A DNA stretch of 64,000 nucleotides from an uncultured cyanobacterium (GCA_963718615.1 OY970368.1:512001-576000), one strand, 5' to 3'. Shown: positions 1-11,290, counted from the first letter of the stretch. Numbers and translations are program-made. Notes: a model not told the origin generated them from the sequence alone.

Positions 1-143
1 TCCGTTATGTGCGATCGCCGCAGGTCCGAACCAGAGACAGGAAGCTTTCGCTCCGCTAGGACTTGAGCCAGGGCTGACATCCCAATTCCACCTACACCAA
101 TGAAGTGAAAGGGCCTGCCGCTAAAATCGACAGCTTGCATCAT
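1..143 (-). CDS. murC: UDP-N-acetylmuramate--L-alanine ligase, N-terminal part (runs off window)
   Basis: Manual translation [40 protein letters not shown] matches the MurC N-terminal HFIGxGGxGMS...GSD motif. Confidence 0.9.
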   Translation of the reverse strand, partial: MMQAVDFSGRPFHFIGVGGIGMSALAQVLAERKLPVSGSDLRRSHIT

Positions 144-898
144 TTCTGCTCCTCGCATTACCACACCACAGCAAGGTTAAAGACAGGGTCTAGGGTTGAT
201 TGGTTCAGCGACCTAGGTCACCGCCCGTGAAGCGACTCACTTCAATAACATTCAAAGACCTGTCTCAAGATTCTAGGAGTCGGGTGCTTCCTATTCAGGC
301 GATATCATATCAGGGTTTGCTAAATTGCGATAATGATTCGTAACATCGCCCGAAATCGCTCTAAAGAAAGTGTTTTCGGACTTTCAGGCATCAGCAAAGA
401 GGCTCATCTGGCTTGCCATTCTAGACATTCAACCCTGCTAGGTACCCCGAAGGAAGGGAAAGCCGTGAAGGGCAGTGGGCGAATCTGCGACCGTTTTAGA
501 TGACTTTTTTAGATGACTTTGCTGAAACTGTTCCACTAGTCCAATGTCCGTTCCGTCCTGGTTTTCCTCCGGATAAACTAGGTTTTTCTTAAAGGAGACC
601 TGGCAGCGCGCTGGGAAAAGCAAAACAAACAAAGAAGACCCTTGAGACTGAGCAACGGACTCAGCATGACCCGAAGGTTTGTGCTCAGATTAACGAGGGG
701 ATCAAAAATTTGTCTTCGCTAAAATTGCTGAATCCTGACCTGCGGTTTTCCGGCAAGTTTCCGATCAGAGTACTCCTGGGACATCCTGAAAGAGCAGGGT
801 TTTCCTCGGAAAATTCGAGTTCGCTTAACGCAGCCTTTAGGATATGATGAGTGCAATCAATAGGTATTTACACTTGTAGTTAACTGAGGGCTGACGCA

Positions 899-1909
899 GT
901 GATTCGAGTCGCGATCAATGGGTTCGGGCGTATCGGGCGCAATTTTTTGCGTTGCTGGCTGGAGCGTGAAAACAGCAATCTCGATATCGTCGGGATCAAT
1001 AACACGTCTGAGCCTTCAACGGCTGCCCACTTGTTAAAATATGATTCGTTACTGGGTCGTTTAGATGCGGATATCCAAGCGGATCAGCATTCCATGACGA
1101 TCAATGGAAAAACCATTAAATGCGTTTCCGATCGCAATCCACTCAATCTGCCCTGGGGCGATTGGGACGTGGATCTAGTGATCGAATCAACCGGAGTTTT
1201 TGTGACCGAAGAGGGGGCCTCCAAGCACCTTCAAGCGGGCGCTAAGAAAATTTTGATCACAGCCCCTGGCAAAGGCAGTGGGATCGGAACCTATGTCATG
1301 GGCGTTAACCATGAACAGTTCGATCCTAATGAGAAAATCATTAGTAACGCGAGCTGCACCACAAACTGTTTAGCCCCGATTGTCAAAGTTATCCACGAAA
1401 ACTTTGGCATCATCAAAGGCACAATGACCACAACCCACAGTTACACGGGCGACCAGCGATTGCTGGATGCCAGCCACCGCGATCCGCGTCGGGCTCGGGC
1501 TGCAGCGGTCAACATTGTGCCCACAACGACCGGGGCGGCTAAGGCCGTTGCCTTGGTCATCCCTGAGATGAAGGGTCGTCTGAACGGGATCGCCCTGCGG
1601 GTTCCGACCCCTAACGTCTCTGTGGTTGATCTCGTCGTACAAGTCGAGAAGCCAACCATCACCGAACAGGTCAACGAAGCGCTTAAGAAAGCTTCTGAAA
1701 CCACGATGAAGGGTTACCTGGGCTATAACGAACTGCCCCTAGTCTCCATTGACTATCGCAAGACCAACGAATCTTCCATCGTGGATGCAAGCTTAACGCT
1801 GGTCATGGATGGAGATCTCGTGAAGGTCATCGCTTGGTACGATAACGAGTGGGGCTATAGTCAACGGGTGCTTGATTTGGCTGAGCTCGTGGCTGAAAAG
1901 TGGGCCTAG
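899..1909 (+). CDS. gap2: NAD(P)-dependent glyceraldehyde-3-phosphate dehydrogenase (Calvin-cycle type)
   Basis: INGFGRIGR, catalytic [16 protein letters not shown]-loop typical of GapA/Gap2, WYDNEWGYS. Confidence 0.95.
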   Translation: MIRVAINGFGRIGRNFLRCWLERENSNLDIVGINNTSEPSTAAHLLKYDSLLGRLDADIQADQHSMTINGKTIKCVSDRNPLNLPWGDWDVDLVIESTGVFVTEEGASKHLQAGAKKILITAPGKGSGIGTYVMGVNHEQFDPNEKIISNASCTTNCLAPIVKVIHENFGIIKGTMTTTHSYTGDQRLLDASHRDPRRARAAAVNIVPTTTGAAKAVALVIPEMKGRLNGIALRVPTPNVSVVDLVVQVEKPTITEQVNEALKKASETTMKGYLGYNELPLVSIDYRKTNESSIVDASLTLVMDGDLVKVIAWYDNEWGYSQRVLDLAELVAEKWA

Positions 1910-1987
1910 AGCATCTCATTCTATTAGATCTCATTGCCCTAGATTTGATCGCGCATTGCTGCGACGCAGCTGCAAATTAAATACCGC

Positions 1988-2016
1988 AAGGGAGCGAATG
2001 ATCGCTCCCTTTTTTT
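1988..2016 (+). terminator. Rho-independent terminator after gap2
   Basis: AAGGGAGCGA-ATGA-TCGCTCCCTT stem followed by a T run. Confidence 0.8.
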
Positions 2017-2055
2017 CGATCTTGGCTTTTAGATCTTGGCTTAAGGGGCGTTATG

Positions 2056-3099
2056 TCAAAGGAAATGTTGGAAGCCTTGGTCTAGGGTTAAGGGGCGAGA
2101 CTGACCCCGCCCAGCTTTGTCTGGAGCGTTCTCTAGTCTTACCTCCTGGTCCGCTGTAATTTGACCGACGATCGCCAGTCCCGCCCCGCCCACCGCGCAG
2201 AGAGCTTGAGCCGATTGCGCAGGTAAACAAAACACAAGCTCAAAATCTTCCCCTCCATAGAGCGCCCAGTCGAGCGCTACCCGTTGACCCACCCAATCGG
2301 CTAACCCCTCAGGCAAGGGAATCTGGTGGGCTTGGATCCGAGCCCCAACTCCACTGGCTCGACAGAGTTGTACAACGGCATCGGCAAGGCCGTCGCTGCT
2401 ATCCATGGCGCAGCGGGGACGGCGATCGCCCAACTGTTCTAACAGCGGTATTAAATCCAAACGCGGCTGCGGATATTGATGCAGGCGGATCAGGCGCGAT
2501 CGCAATTCCGCTGGACAGGGAGGGCAAGGCACCCGTTCATCCTGCGTTTCACCCTCCGAGTGCAGCAACAGCGCCAGTCCCGCCCGCGACCCACCATGGG
2601 GACCGCTAACCACCACCCAATCGCCAGGTTGAGCTCGGTGACGATATAGCGTTGCCGTCGCTGCGACTTGACCCAGTGCCGTAATCGCTAAGCTGCGGTA
2701 AGGGGCTCGACAAACATCGCCTCCAACAATGGTCATGCCGTAGGGCGAAAGACAGTCCCAAAGACCTTGATAGACCCCTTCGACCCAGGAGATGGGACAG
2801 GTAGGCGGCAGCGATAAACCCACCGTAATGCCAGTGCCGGTAGCCCCCATGGCGGCCAGATCCGAGAGGTTAGCGGCGGCAGCACGCCAGCCGATGGCGT
2901 GGGGGGTGGTGGTGCGATCGCTAAAATGCACCCCTTCCACCAACACATCCGTGGTCACCACCCAGGACCGATCTGGCTCCGGTCTTAACACGGCTGCATC
3001 ATCACCCATCAGATCGGACGGGCAAAAAGACTGGAGCAGGGCCAATAGACCCTGCTCCCCCAAATCGGCGACGGTTAGTGGGGATGGTTCCTCTCTCAC
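2056..3099 (-). CDS. thiL: thiamine-monophosphate kinase
   Basis: GDDAA, TTDVLVEGVHF, NLSDLAAMG, DSSDGL and GGEDFEL motifs. Confidence 0.95.
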   Translation of the reverse strand: MREEPSPLTVADLGEQGLLALLQSFCPSDLMGDDAAVLRPEPDRSWVVTTDVLVEGVHFSDRTTTPHAIGWRAAAANLSDLAAMGATGTGITVGLSLPPTCPISWVEGVYQGLWDCLSPYGMTIVGGDVCRAPYRSLAITALGQVAATATLYRHRAQPGDWVVVSGPHGGSRAGLALLLHSEGETQDERVPCPPCPAELRSRLIRLHQYPQPRLDLIPLLEQLGDRRPRCAMDSSDGLADAVVQLCRASGVGARIQAHQIPLPEGLADWVGQRVALDWALYGGEDFELVFCLPAQSAQALCAVGGAGLAIVGQITADQEVRLENAPDKAGRGQSRPLTLDQGFQHFL

Positions 3100-3167
3100 T
3101 CAGCGTCCCACGCTTAACATTTCACTTTTAACATTTCACGCTTAATGTCTCACCTAGCTGGGCTGCA

Positions 3168-4313
3168 CTAGCTGGGCTGCACCAAATTTTCGGCTCCGTC
3201 GAGCACCCGTGCTTTGACAATCTTGTCCGCCTGGGTCAGTTCCTTCAGGACCGATTTGCCCTCAATTGTGTAACCAAAGGCGGCATAGCGTCCATCAATC
3301 AAATTGAGGCCCGCTGGGGTCATTTCGGGTTCAAAGAGGAAGAAGAAAAATTGGGAAGACCCTAAGTTCTCACTGTCATGGGCCATCCCTACGGTGCCAT
3401 AGGCAGAAAACGGCAGCGCAGGCAGAGCATTGAATAGCCCCAGATCCTCCAGCATTTCTCCGTAAACCGGTTCCTCATCGCCATCAACACGAATCTCCAG
3501 CGGAATCATCCGAGGCGCTTTCGTTTTGGGATCGATAAAGCCCTCTGCGGGTCCCGGCGGATCACCAACCTGGAGAACATAGGATTCATCCGCACGGGTA
3601 AAGGGCAGTCCATCATAAAAGCCCCGCTGGACCAAATCTACGAAGTTCCCCGCCGTCACGGGGGCATTGTAACCATCCACCCTGATCGTCAGTGGCCCCT
3701 GGGTCGTCTCCAGTTCTACGGTGGCTCGCCCCTTGAGTTGAGGCAAATTCTGGTAGTCTGCGGGCACTTCAAAGGGGAATGCTCCAACCATCTGTTCTTC
3801 AACGTCGCCCACGAGATTGAGAACTTTGCGGCGTTCAGTCCAGGACTGTTCACGGTTTTCGTTTTCAACCGCCTCACCTAGGCTAACCAGTTCCTGTTCT
3901 AGGCTTGCCAGCAGTGGCGTCACGCGGTCCACCTGAACCGCTGGCGTGGCGGCGAGAATGGCTTCGCGCTTGCTCGTCAGCGTCGTTGTCGCCTTTTGAG
4001 CCTGTTTGCGCAGGGCTCCCCAGCGACGCGCCCGCAGATTATTGGACATCTCCTCGATGTCCTTTTGAAGCGATCGCATCTCAGAAGACTCCAGGGGAAG
4101 GGCATAGCGCAACAGCGCCCGTCCATCCGTAATGGCATTGCCAGGGGGCAGATTGGCCGCAGCGGGCTGCGGTTGACCGAGGAGAAACCCAACCACAAGC
4201 AGGCTACAAATCCCTACCTGAGCGGGGCGCAGGCGCTTGAATCCTGCCCAGAGCTGACTCAAACCGGAAACGACGCGAAGGACAAGGGACATGAAAGATT
4301 TAGAAATGCTCAT
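3168..4313 (-). CDS. thylakoid-lumen cyclophilin-type peptidyl-prolyl isomerase (TLP40/CYP38-like); start uncertain
   Basis: Signal peptide, LLRYALP helical domain, then cyclophilin domain (APVTAGNF, SSQFFF, DGRYAAFG). Confidence 0.88.
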   Translation of the reverse strand: MSISKSFMSLVLRVVSGLSQLWAGFKRLRPAQVGICSLLVVGFLLGQPQPAAANLPPGNAITDGRALLRYALPLESSEMRSLQKDIEEMSNNLRARRWGALRKQAQKATTTLTSKREAILAATPAVQVDRVTPLLASLEQELVSLGEAVENENREQSWTERRKVLNLVGDVEEQMVGAFPFEVPADYQNLPQLKGRATVELETTQGPLTIRVDGYNAPVTAGNFVDLVQRGFYDGLPFTRADESYVLQVGDPPGPAEGFIDPKTKAPRMIPLEIRVDGDEEPVYGEMLEDLGLFNALPALPFSAYGTVGMAHDSENLGSSQFFFFLFEPEMTPAGLNLIDGRYAAFGYTIEGKSVLKELTQADKIVKARVLDGAENLVQPS

Positions 4314-4501
4314 CTCCTCCATAGTGCCATAGCATCTGGGAGGATAGACCACTCTATAAAACATCCCACCGAGCGGTAAAATGTAGTGCCGATTGTGTCA
4401 TGCTGCTTGGCGCTGCTAAGGGCATCCGCACTAGGCTAGCCCCCTGACCGCTTCTCGGCGACGTTTCTGCAAAACTCGTATTCTCCGCAAGTTTAAGGCT
4501 C

Positions 4502-5065
4502 ATGATTTCAAGCAACGATTTTCGCACCGGCACCACGATCGAGTTGGACGGTTCCGTTTGGCGCGTGGTCGAGTTTTTGCACGTTAAGCCGGGAAAAGGC
4601 TCGGCGTTTGTTCGAACTAAGCTCAAAAATGCTCAGTCGGGCAGCGTTGTAGAGAAAACGTTCCGCGCGGGTGAAATGGTCCCCCAAGCGGTGATCGAAA
4701 AACGGGTGATGCAGCACACCTATAAAGAAGGCGAAGAGTTTGTCTTCATGGATATGGAAACCTATGAAGAAGCTCGGCTGGATGCGAAGCAAATTGGCGA
4801 TCGCGTCAAATACCTCAAAGAAGAAATGGAAGTCAGCGTCGTCAGTTGGAACGACCAGGTGATTGACGTGGACCTGCCCAACTCGGTGGTTTTGGAAGTA
4901 ACGGAAACGGACCCCGGTGTTAAGGGTGACACGGCGACCGGTGGCACCAAGCCCGCCATCGTTGAGACAGGCGCTCAGGTGATGGTGCCGCTTTTCATTA
5001 CGGTGGGCGAGCGAATCAAAGTCGATACCCGCAGCGATGCCTATTTGGGTCGCGAGAATAACTAA
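4502..5065 (+). CDS. efp: elongation factor P
   Basis: [10 protein letters not shown] and [15 protein letters not shown] motifs. Confidence 0.97.
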   Translation: MISSNDFRTGTTIELDGSVWRVVEFLHVKPGKGSAFVRTKLKNAQSGSVVEKTFRAGEMVPQAVIEKRVMQHTYKEGEEFVFMDMETYEEARLDAKQIGDRVKYLKEEMEVSVVSWNDQVIDVDLPNSVVLEVTETDPGVKGDTATGGTKPAIVETGAQVMVPLFITVGERIKVDTRSDAYLGRENN

Positions 5066-5138
5066 GCGGACCTGTGTTTGTTTCGTTTGCGATCGCCCAG
5101 GGCGCGATTGTTTTTACCAAAACCTAGGGTATCCAACT

Positions 5139-5648
5139 GTGCAATTAGACCTGAACCAAATCCGAGACCTGCTCGTTTCCCTCGACCAAACGGATATTTC
5201 CGAGTTCACCCTCAAGGGCGAGAATTTTGAGATGGTGGTGCGGCGTGGTGCATCGCCCGATGTATCCCTGGCAGCGGTGCCGCCAATGGCTGCTGCTGCG
5301 CCGCTGGTTTCGGCTCCCGTTCCGGCGGCAGTTCCGGCGGCGGCGATCGTTGCTCCTCCGGTCGCGCCTCCATCCGCCCCTGAGCCGGTCGCGCCGCCGG
5401 GAAATTCCAATTGGCTGGAGATTAAGTCTCCGATGGTAGGCACATTTTATACGGCACCGGCACCGGGAGAGTCTGCGTTTGTGGCGGTGGGCGATCGCAT
5501 CAAAATCGGCCAAACCGTTTGCATTCTCGAAGCTATGAAGCTGATGAACGAGCTGGAATCGGAAGTGGAAGGCCAAGTCGTCGAGATTTTGGTAGAGAAT
5601 GGCCAGCCGGTGGAATTTGACCAACCGTTGATGCGGGTTGCGCCCTAG
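5139..5648 (+). CDS. accB: acetyl-CoA carboxylase biotin carboxyl carrier protein (GTG start at 5139)
   Basis: EAMKLMN biotinylation motif, SPMVGTFY, Pro/Ala linker; conserved efp-accB order. Confidence 0.95.
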   Translation: MQLDLNQIRDLLVSLDQTDISEFTLKGENFEMVVRRGASPDVSLAAVPPMAAAAPLVSAPVPAAVPAAAIVAPPVAPPSAPEPVAPPGNSNWLEIKSPMVGTFYTAPAPGESAFVAVGDRIKIGQTVCILEAMKLMNELESEVEGQVVEILVENGQPVEFDQPLMRVAP

Positions 5649-6553
5649 TGAACCGGAGCGGCCTCAGGTCCTGGACAGCGGCGTGGCTGAGCTTCGCCGC
5701 TGTTATTTTGCTGGTTTTGTTAGTTTTTTGGGTTTTACTGGGAGGGTTTGGGGGGCCGGGAATTCGCGCGGCGGTGGGACAAGCGCCGACCGTTACCTCA
5801 CGACCCACTGCTCTGGTGTTTTATCCCGCTGAACAGCTTTTTAACCGTCGGACCCAGCAGTGGCTGGCGGATTTTGCACCGCTAACGGAATTGCTCGAAT
5901 CGGTCAATCGGCTCCCTAGTCTGGCTCGCCCTCTGACGCTGGTGGTGAGGGAGTGCCAGCAGCCGCGACTCACCTATGACGCAGCCTCGCGGCAAATTTC
6001 GCTTTGCTATGGCGTTTTGGCCTATCTGGCCAATCAGTTTGATCACTTGGCCGCCTCTCCCCGTGAACGGCAGTTGGGGGTGTTGGATTCCACCTATGTT
6101 TTGCTAGAGCGGCAGATCGCTCAGATTTTGCTGTCGGATTTATCGGCGTCCGGGGCATGGCAGGCTGGGGGGAAGGCTGGTGGTGGAAAGTCTGGAGGGG
6201 ATGAGGCGATCGCCCTGGATGAACTCACCGCTGTCTTGCCTGCGGTTTTACATCAGTCCCGACAAACAGTGGTGCTTTCGGGCACCCAGTGGCTGTTTAA
6301 CCAGGGTCATCCCCTGGGGCTGTTGCAGGGGCTAGCCACCTTGCAAATGCCTGAGCTGACCCTGGCTAATTACAATCGCCTCATTTGTGCGGCCTACGGT
6401 AGCCATCCGGCGCTGTTTCCATTCTTAGCCTCCGAGGTGCCGCAGCCGACCCAGTTGAATCCTTGTCCAGACATTGCCAGAACTCAGATTCAACATTGGA
6501 CAGACTTACTTCAGCCAGCGTCCCAAGCGGTCCGAAAGCGCGCAACCACTTGA
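5648..6553 (+). CDS. secreted DUF4344 (putative metallopeptidase)-like protein, HExxH apparently degenerate
   Basis: N-terminal hydrophobic signal; C...YD...ISLCY and YNxxxCxxYGxxP segments resemble DUF4344 proteins. Confidence 0.55.
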   Translation: MNRSGLRSWTAAWLSFAAVILLVLLVFWVLLGGFGGPGIRAAVGQAPTVTSRPTALVFYPAEQLFNRRTQQWLADFAPLTELLESVNRLPSLARPLTLVVRECQQPRLTYDAASRQISLCYGVLAYLANQFDHLAASPRERQLGVLDSTYVLLERQIAQILLSDLSASGAWQAGGKAGGGKSGGDEAIALDELTAVLPAVLHQSRQTVVLSGTQWLFNQGHPLGLLQGLATLQMPELTLANYNRLICAAYGSHPALFPFLASEVPQPTQLNPCPDIARTQIQHWTDLLQPASQAVRKRATT

Positions 6554-7932
6554 TCCAGGGCCACGGCACGGGATGCTTTGAACAGAAGGCGATCGCCCGG
6601 TTGCACCTGCTCTACCAATTGAGTCACCAATGGATCGGCAGCATTAAAGATCTGGGTGGGGATTGACCCAGCACCCTGGGCTAGGGCGGTCGCTTCGGCA
6701 GGGTCTGCCAAGATCATTAGCCCATCTAGCTTGAGCGCCGCCGCCCGTTCTCCCACCTGCTGATGAAATTCGAGGGAGCGATCGCCCAATTCCTTCATCG
6801 TCCCCAGCACCGCAATCCGACGTTGCCCCGGTGTATCGGCCAGGAGCTGCAGTGCCGCCTGCATGGATTCTAGGCCCGCATTGTAGGTCTCATCTAAAAT
6901 CACCACATCCCGCGCCAGGTCATAGCGTTGCGCCCGTCCCCCCGGCAGCGTCAGCTTGAGCTGGCGGAGGTTTTGCCAATCAATCCCCAACACCTGAGCC
7001 ACCGCTAGCGCTGCCAAAAAATTGAGCGCATTATGCCGACCGGGCAACGGCAGATCAAACCCGATCTCACCCACCTGGAGCCGTCCAGCGGAGCCCATCG
7101 GCGTCTTGGGGTCCGACAACTTGGGGTCCGACAACAGTGTTCCGTGAATATCCCCCCCTTCCAGTCCAAAGGTCAGTATTTTCCCAGACCAGACTTGGGT
7201 TGCGGTATTGATCAAGCGCTCGTTGTCATAGTTGAGAATGGCAACGCCATCGGGTCGGGTATGTCGGAAGAGTTCGCACTTGGCCTCGGCGATCGCCTGC
7301 TCCGACCCCAATCGTTCAATATGGGCTGTTCCCACATTGGTAATCACCGCGATATCCGGTTCAGCAATTTTCGACAGCAGCTCAATTTCGCCCCGTCCCC
7401 GCATTCCCATCTCAACCACGGCAAACTGATGCTCGTCGCGCAATTCCAATAGCGTCTTGGGCACCCCAATCTCATTGTTGTAATTGGCTTGGGTTTTCAG
7501 TACAGGTCCCTGGGTTTCAAGTACCGCCGCGATTAATTCTTTTGTCGTTGTTTTGCCGACAGACCCTGTAATCGCAACGACGGGGCGTTGAAATTGCTGC
7601 CGCCAAAAATGACCCATTTGTTGATAGGCCACGAGGGTATCAGGTACTTGTAGGAGTATAAAATCTGACTGACTCAAAAGATCGATGCTGGGTTGATATT
7701 GGCTATCGACCATGGCTGCGATCGCCCCCTGTTGTCGAGCCCGTTCTACAAAATCATGGCCATCAAAGCGATCGCCCCGCAGCGCCACAAATAAATCTCC
7801 CGGTCCCAGGCTCCGACTATCCGTTGAGATTTGCCGAATAACGCACCCATCCGCCCGATCCGAGGGAATTGGCGGGTGCGATGTGGCTTGTAATACCGAT
7901 ACTAAATTCGCCAGAGTGAGAGGATGCATCAT
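6511..7932 (-). CDS. murF: UDP-N-acetylmuramoyl-tripeptide--D-Ala-D-Ala ligase
   Basis: TDSR, FDGHDF, ITGSVGKTTTK, NNEIGVP, DETYNA and KASR motifs. Confidence 0.95.
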   Translation of the reverse strand: MMHPLTLANLVSVLQATSHPPIPSDRADGCVIRQISTDSRSLGPGDLFVALRGDRFDGHDFVERARQQGAIAAMVDSQYQPSIDLLSQSDFILLQVPDTLVAYQQMGHFWRQQFQRPVVAITGSVGKTTTKELIAAVLETQGPVLKTQANYNNEIGVPKTLLELRDEHQFAVVEMGMRGRGEIELLSKIAEPDIAVITNVGTAHIERLGSEQAIAEAKCELFRHTRPDGVAILNYDNERLINTATQVWSGKILTFGLEGGDIHGTLLSDPKLSDPKTPMGSAGRLQVGEIGFDLPLPGRHNALNFLAALAVAQVLGIDWQNLRQLKLTLPGGRAQRYDLARDVVILDETYNAGLESMQAALQLLADTPGQRRIAVLGTMKELGDRSLEFHQQVGERAAALKLDGLMILADPAEATALAQGAGSIPTQIFNAADPLVTQLVEQVQPGDRLLFKASRAVALDQVVARFRTAWDAG

Positions 7933-8371
7933 ACAGGTATCGACAGGTATCGTCAAAAAAGTGGAGAACAGGCTAGGAAAAAGCTAGGAAAAGCCAAGGA
8001 AAGCTGCGACAAAAGCGCAGAAATCTTGGGCAGCGGCAAACAAGAATCAGTCTAAAATTACGGATTCTTAAGAAGAAAATTTATCAGTTCTCCAAAAACC
8101 TGTGTTTCATATTAAGAGCTGCTGAAGATTTGTATGCCGTACAGAACTGAATCATAGGAGGTGTATATGGTGGTATGAAGTCTGTTTGTTTTGCCCCCCA
8201 GCCCGCTTCGCCTTGCCCGATTCCTGGGCTTCCTGTGGGACCTAAGCGGTCCTTCGTTTAGAGTCTTCCGTTTAGATTACTTCTTAGATTGTTTCCAACG
8301 GACGTTATGCTAGAAATAGCTGTTTTGTCTGTTGCGATTTGGTATAAAACCGCTCACCTCGGAAAAACATT

Positions 8372-9715
8372 ATGGCGGTTGAGTTTGCTCTCGATACTGG
8401 CCCTCATCGTGCGACCATGGGTGTACTAGACACAGATAGCGGTTACAACAGTCGACAGATTAGTCCTGAAGAACAACAGGTCTATAACTATTTTTTGCGA
8501 CTCGTTGAGGAAACCTCCCCTGAGGAATCCATCCATCATTTTCGTCGGCTGTTGATTGAAGGCGCGGGCTGTCAAGACAGGGAGGTGACTCAGGCGGTAG
8601 AGCGACTCATCCGCTATGGCTCTGCTGAGACTGACTTTGTGTTTCTGCTCAACCGTTGCTGTCATATTTTGATCAACCGTTGGCATTTAAATCTCCGCAG
8701 TACCGGTGCAATTCCGGACTTAATCCGACAGTTTGAAAGCTTACCCAGTCCCTATGGGATGGCAGGGGCGCGATCGCGATCGGCTCACCGTCTCCGAGGG
8801 CTGGTGAAGGGCTTCACCGCGAGCGAACAATATCTCACGCTCCAACGACTCTTACAGGTGGTAGAACAGGCCGCTGAAGGCCAGGACCTAGAAGGGGAAC
8901 GACCGCTTGGGGGATTGATTCATCGCTATCCCTACCTCTATGAGCATTATTTGCTCGATGAATCCAGCACTAACGAGCAGCAGCTCACCATCCAGCGACT
9001 GCAAGCTCAGCATCAGCGACGGTTTGAGCTCGACCTCTCCCAGTACGTTCTCTACCAAGTGCGCTGTGCTCGCGCCTCTCGACAAGGCCCAGAGCAGCTC
9101 ACCCAACTGCAAAAGCGGATGCAGAGCGTGAGCAATCCCACACTGCTGACTAATCCGGACTTGGCCACAGCGGTTAAGCATTTTACCGGCAAGATCGAAG
9201 CGGGCAAAACCTACCGAGACTTAGCCCGAACCTTCAAAGCTCACAGCACCTATGGGCCGACCTATGGCCAGTTCAAGCGCGACCTCTACCAATATCTCGT
9301 GTCTTCGGTGGAACCCGGTTATGGCAGTCGGCGGTTCAATCCCCAGCTTTGTAACTATTTGCAACGTACATTTGCCGATCTGGATCAAAAGCCCTTAAGT
9401 GACTTTTTAATGGTTCGGACCTGTGGTCAACTGCTGAACTTTTTAGTGGTGGAAAGTTCTAACCGGATTGAGCATTTTACCTTTGTCGATTTAATTGGGA
9501 ATTTAGGGGCCACGTTAACCACGGGGCTTTTGCTTAAGATCCTCTTGCTCTGCTCCAAGGTCAAACCTCACCTGGAAAAACGCCTCGCCATCCTGTTTAA
9601 CCATTACGAAGGGGCGACACGCCACTCGGTTCAATGGTTGGTGCAAATCCTCGAAAATCTCAACGTGGCCTTCAGTACTAATTTTGGCAATGCCAATCTG
9701 ACGCTGGTCGTCTAG
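8372..9715 (+). CDS. conserved cyanobacterial hypothetical protein (all-alpha)
   Basis: 447-aa ORF with normal codon use; no recognisable catalytic motif. Confidence 0.75.
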   Translation: MAVEFALDTGPHRATMGVLDTDSGYNSRQISPEEQQVYNYFLRLVEETSPEESIHHFRRLLIEGAGCQDREVTQAVERLIRYGSAETDFVFLLNRCCHILINRWHLNLRSTGAIPDLIRQFESLPSPYGMAGARSRSAHRLRGLVKGFTASEQYLTLQRLLQVVEQAAEGQDLEGERPLGGLIHRYPYLYEHYLLDESSTNEQQLTIQRLQAQHQRRFELDLSQYVLYQVRCARASRQGPEQLTQLQKRMQSVSNPTLLTNPDLATAVKHFTGKIEAGKTYRDLARTFKAHSTYGPTYGQFKRDLYQYLVSSVEPGYGSRRFNPQLCNYLQRTFADLDQKPLSDFLMVRTCGQLLNFLVVESSNRIEHFTFVDLIGNLGATLTTGLLLKILLLCSKVKPHLEKRLAILFNHYEGATRHSVQWLVQILENLNVAFSTNFGNANLTLVV

Positions 9716-9773
9716 GGGATTCGGTAGCGGAGATTCGTTAGCATAGAAGCATCCCTGTCCGGTTTTACTTACC

Positions 9774-11216
9774 GTGGCTGACTTTTCTTCATCCAAAACT
9801 GAATTTTCTGAAACTGAATTTGACGCTCTCGGTCTGGACTTCGAGCAACTCCAGTCAGAACTGCATTATTGTCAGGCCCAGCAGCTTTTGCAGGACTGGG
9901 TGACGCGGCTGGATTTGTCCGAGCGCGAACGCAGCAGCCTCAATCCTTTGTTGGCGAACTTGGCTGACACCCTCGACCGCTTGGAAAACGGCAAAGTTCA
10001 AATTGCGGCGTTTGGGATGGTGGGGCGGGGCAAATCGTCGCTGCTGAATGCACTTGTGGGCCAGCCCGTGTTTCAGACCGGCCCGCTCCATGGCGTCACC
10101 CAGGACATTGGCACATCCCAGTGGTCCCTAGAGCAAATCCCTGTGGCGGGCACCGATACCCAGGTGCAGCAGTTTGGCCTACGGCGAGAGGGACTGGCGA
10201 CGGTGGAGCTGGTGGATACCCCTGGCATTGACGAGGTGAATGGCCAGCAAAGGGAAGCACTGGCTTTGGCGGTGGCGGAGCGGGCGGATTTGATTCTTTT
10301 TGTTGTGACGGGAGATATTACGAGCATTGAATACGAAGCCCTGACAACGCTGCGGCAGGTGAGTAAGCCGATGTTGCTAGTATTCAACAAAATTGACCAA
10401 TATCCCGAAGCCGATCGGCAGGCAATTTACGAAAAAATTCGCGATGACCGGCTGAAGTCCCTGCTATCGCCGGAAGAAATTGTCATGGTGGCTGCGTCGC
10501 CGCTGAAGGTAGAAGCGATGCGTCAGGCCGATGGCCAAATTCAGGTGAAGCGATCGCCCGGTTCCCCCCAAATCAATGCCCTCAAGCAAAAAATTCTTGA
10601 AGTGCTAAACCGCGAAGGTCGGGCATTGGTTGCCCTCAACACGCTGCTGTTTGCCGATGAAGCCAATGGGCAAATTATCGCGCGGAAAATGGCGATTCGC
10701 GATCGCAGTGCGGACCAACTGATCTGGAATGCCACGCTGATGAAAGCTACGGCGATCGCCATCAACCCGGTCACGGTCCTGGATCTGCTCGGTGGAGCAG
10801 CTGTAGATGTGTATTTAATTTTATCGTTGTCGAAGCTCTATGGCATTCCCATGACGGAGCCGGGGGCGATCGCCCTCCTCCAGCGCATTGCCTTGGCCAT
10901 GGGCGGGCTGGGGTTGAGTGAGCTGCTGGCAACGTTGGGGCTGGGGTCGTTGAAAACGCTGTTGGGGGCCGCAATACCTGTGTCGGGGGGGACGAGTATG
11001 GTGCCCTATGTTTCCGTGGCAGCGACGCAAGCGGCGGTGGCCGGGGTTTCGTCCTACGGCATTGGACAAATTACGAAGCAATATTTGGCTCAGGGAGCCA
11101 CCTGGGGAGAGGAGGGGCCGAAGGCAATGGCGATGCGAATTTTGGAATCGTTGGACCAGACGTCAATTTTGAATCGGCTTAAGGTAGAGTTGTCGAGCAA
11201 ACTTAACAATCAATAG
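9774..11216 (+). CDS. Era/MMR_HSR1-like GTPase with C-terminal DUF697 (YcjF-like) domain
   Basis: G1 GMVGRGKS, G3 DTPG, G4 NKID; hydrophobic C-terminal domain. Confidence 0.85.
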   Translation: MADFSSSKTEFSETEFDALGLDFEQLQSELHYCQAQQLLQDWVTRLDLSERERSSLNPLLANLADTLDRLENGKVQIAAFGMVGRGKSSLLNALVGQPVFQTGPLHGVTQDIGTSQWSLEQIPVAGTDTQVQQFGLRREGLATVELVDTPGIDEVNGQQREALALAVAERADLILFVVTGDITSIEYEALTTLRQVSKPMLLVFNKIDQYPEADRQAIYEKIRDDRLKSLLSPEEIVMVAASPLKVEAMRQADGQIQVKRSPGSPQINALKQKILEVLNREGRALVALNTLLFADEANGQIIARKMAIRDRSADQLIWNATLMKATAIAINPVTVLDLLGGAAVDVYLILSLSKLYGIPMTEPGAIALLQRIALAMGGLGLSELLATLGLGSLKTLLGAAIPVSGGTSMVPYVSVAATQAAVAGVSSYGIGQITKQYLAQGATWGEEGPKAMAMRILESLDQTSILNRLKVELSSKLNNQ

Positions 11217-11290
11217 AAATCAATAGTTTAAGGAATTTTCCGAGGCGATCGCGATAGAGTAATTTCAATGCCATTTGGATTGTTTGAGCT

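Noticed and set aside
158-172. TGTGG-TGTGG repeat upstream of murC as an operator
   Set aside because: Too short to support without cross-species alignment
438-632. 64-aa ORF between murC and gap2
   Set aside because: Non-ATG start, no recognisable motif, lies in a probable promoter region
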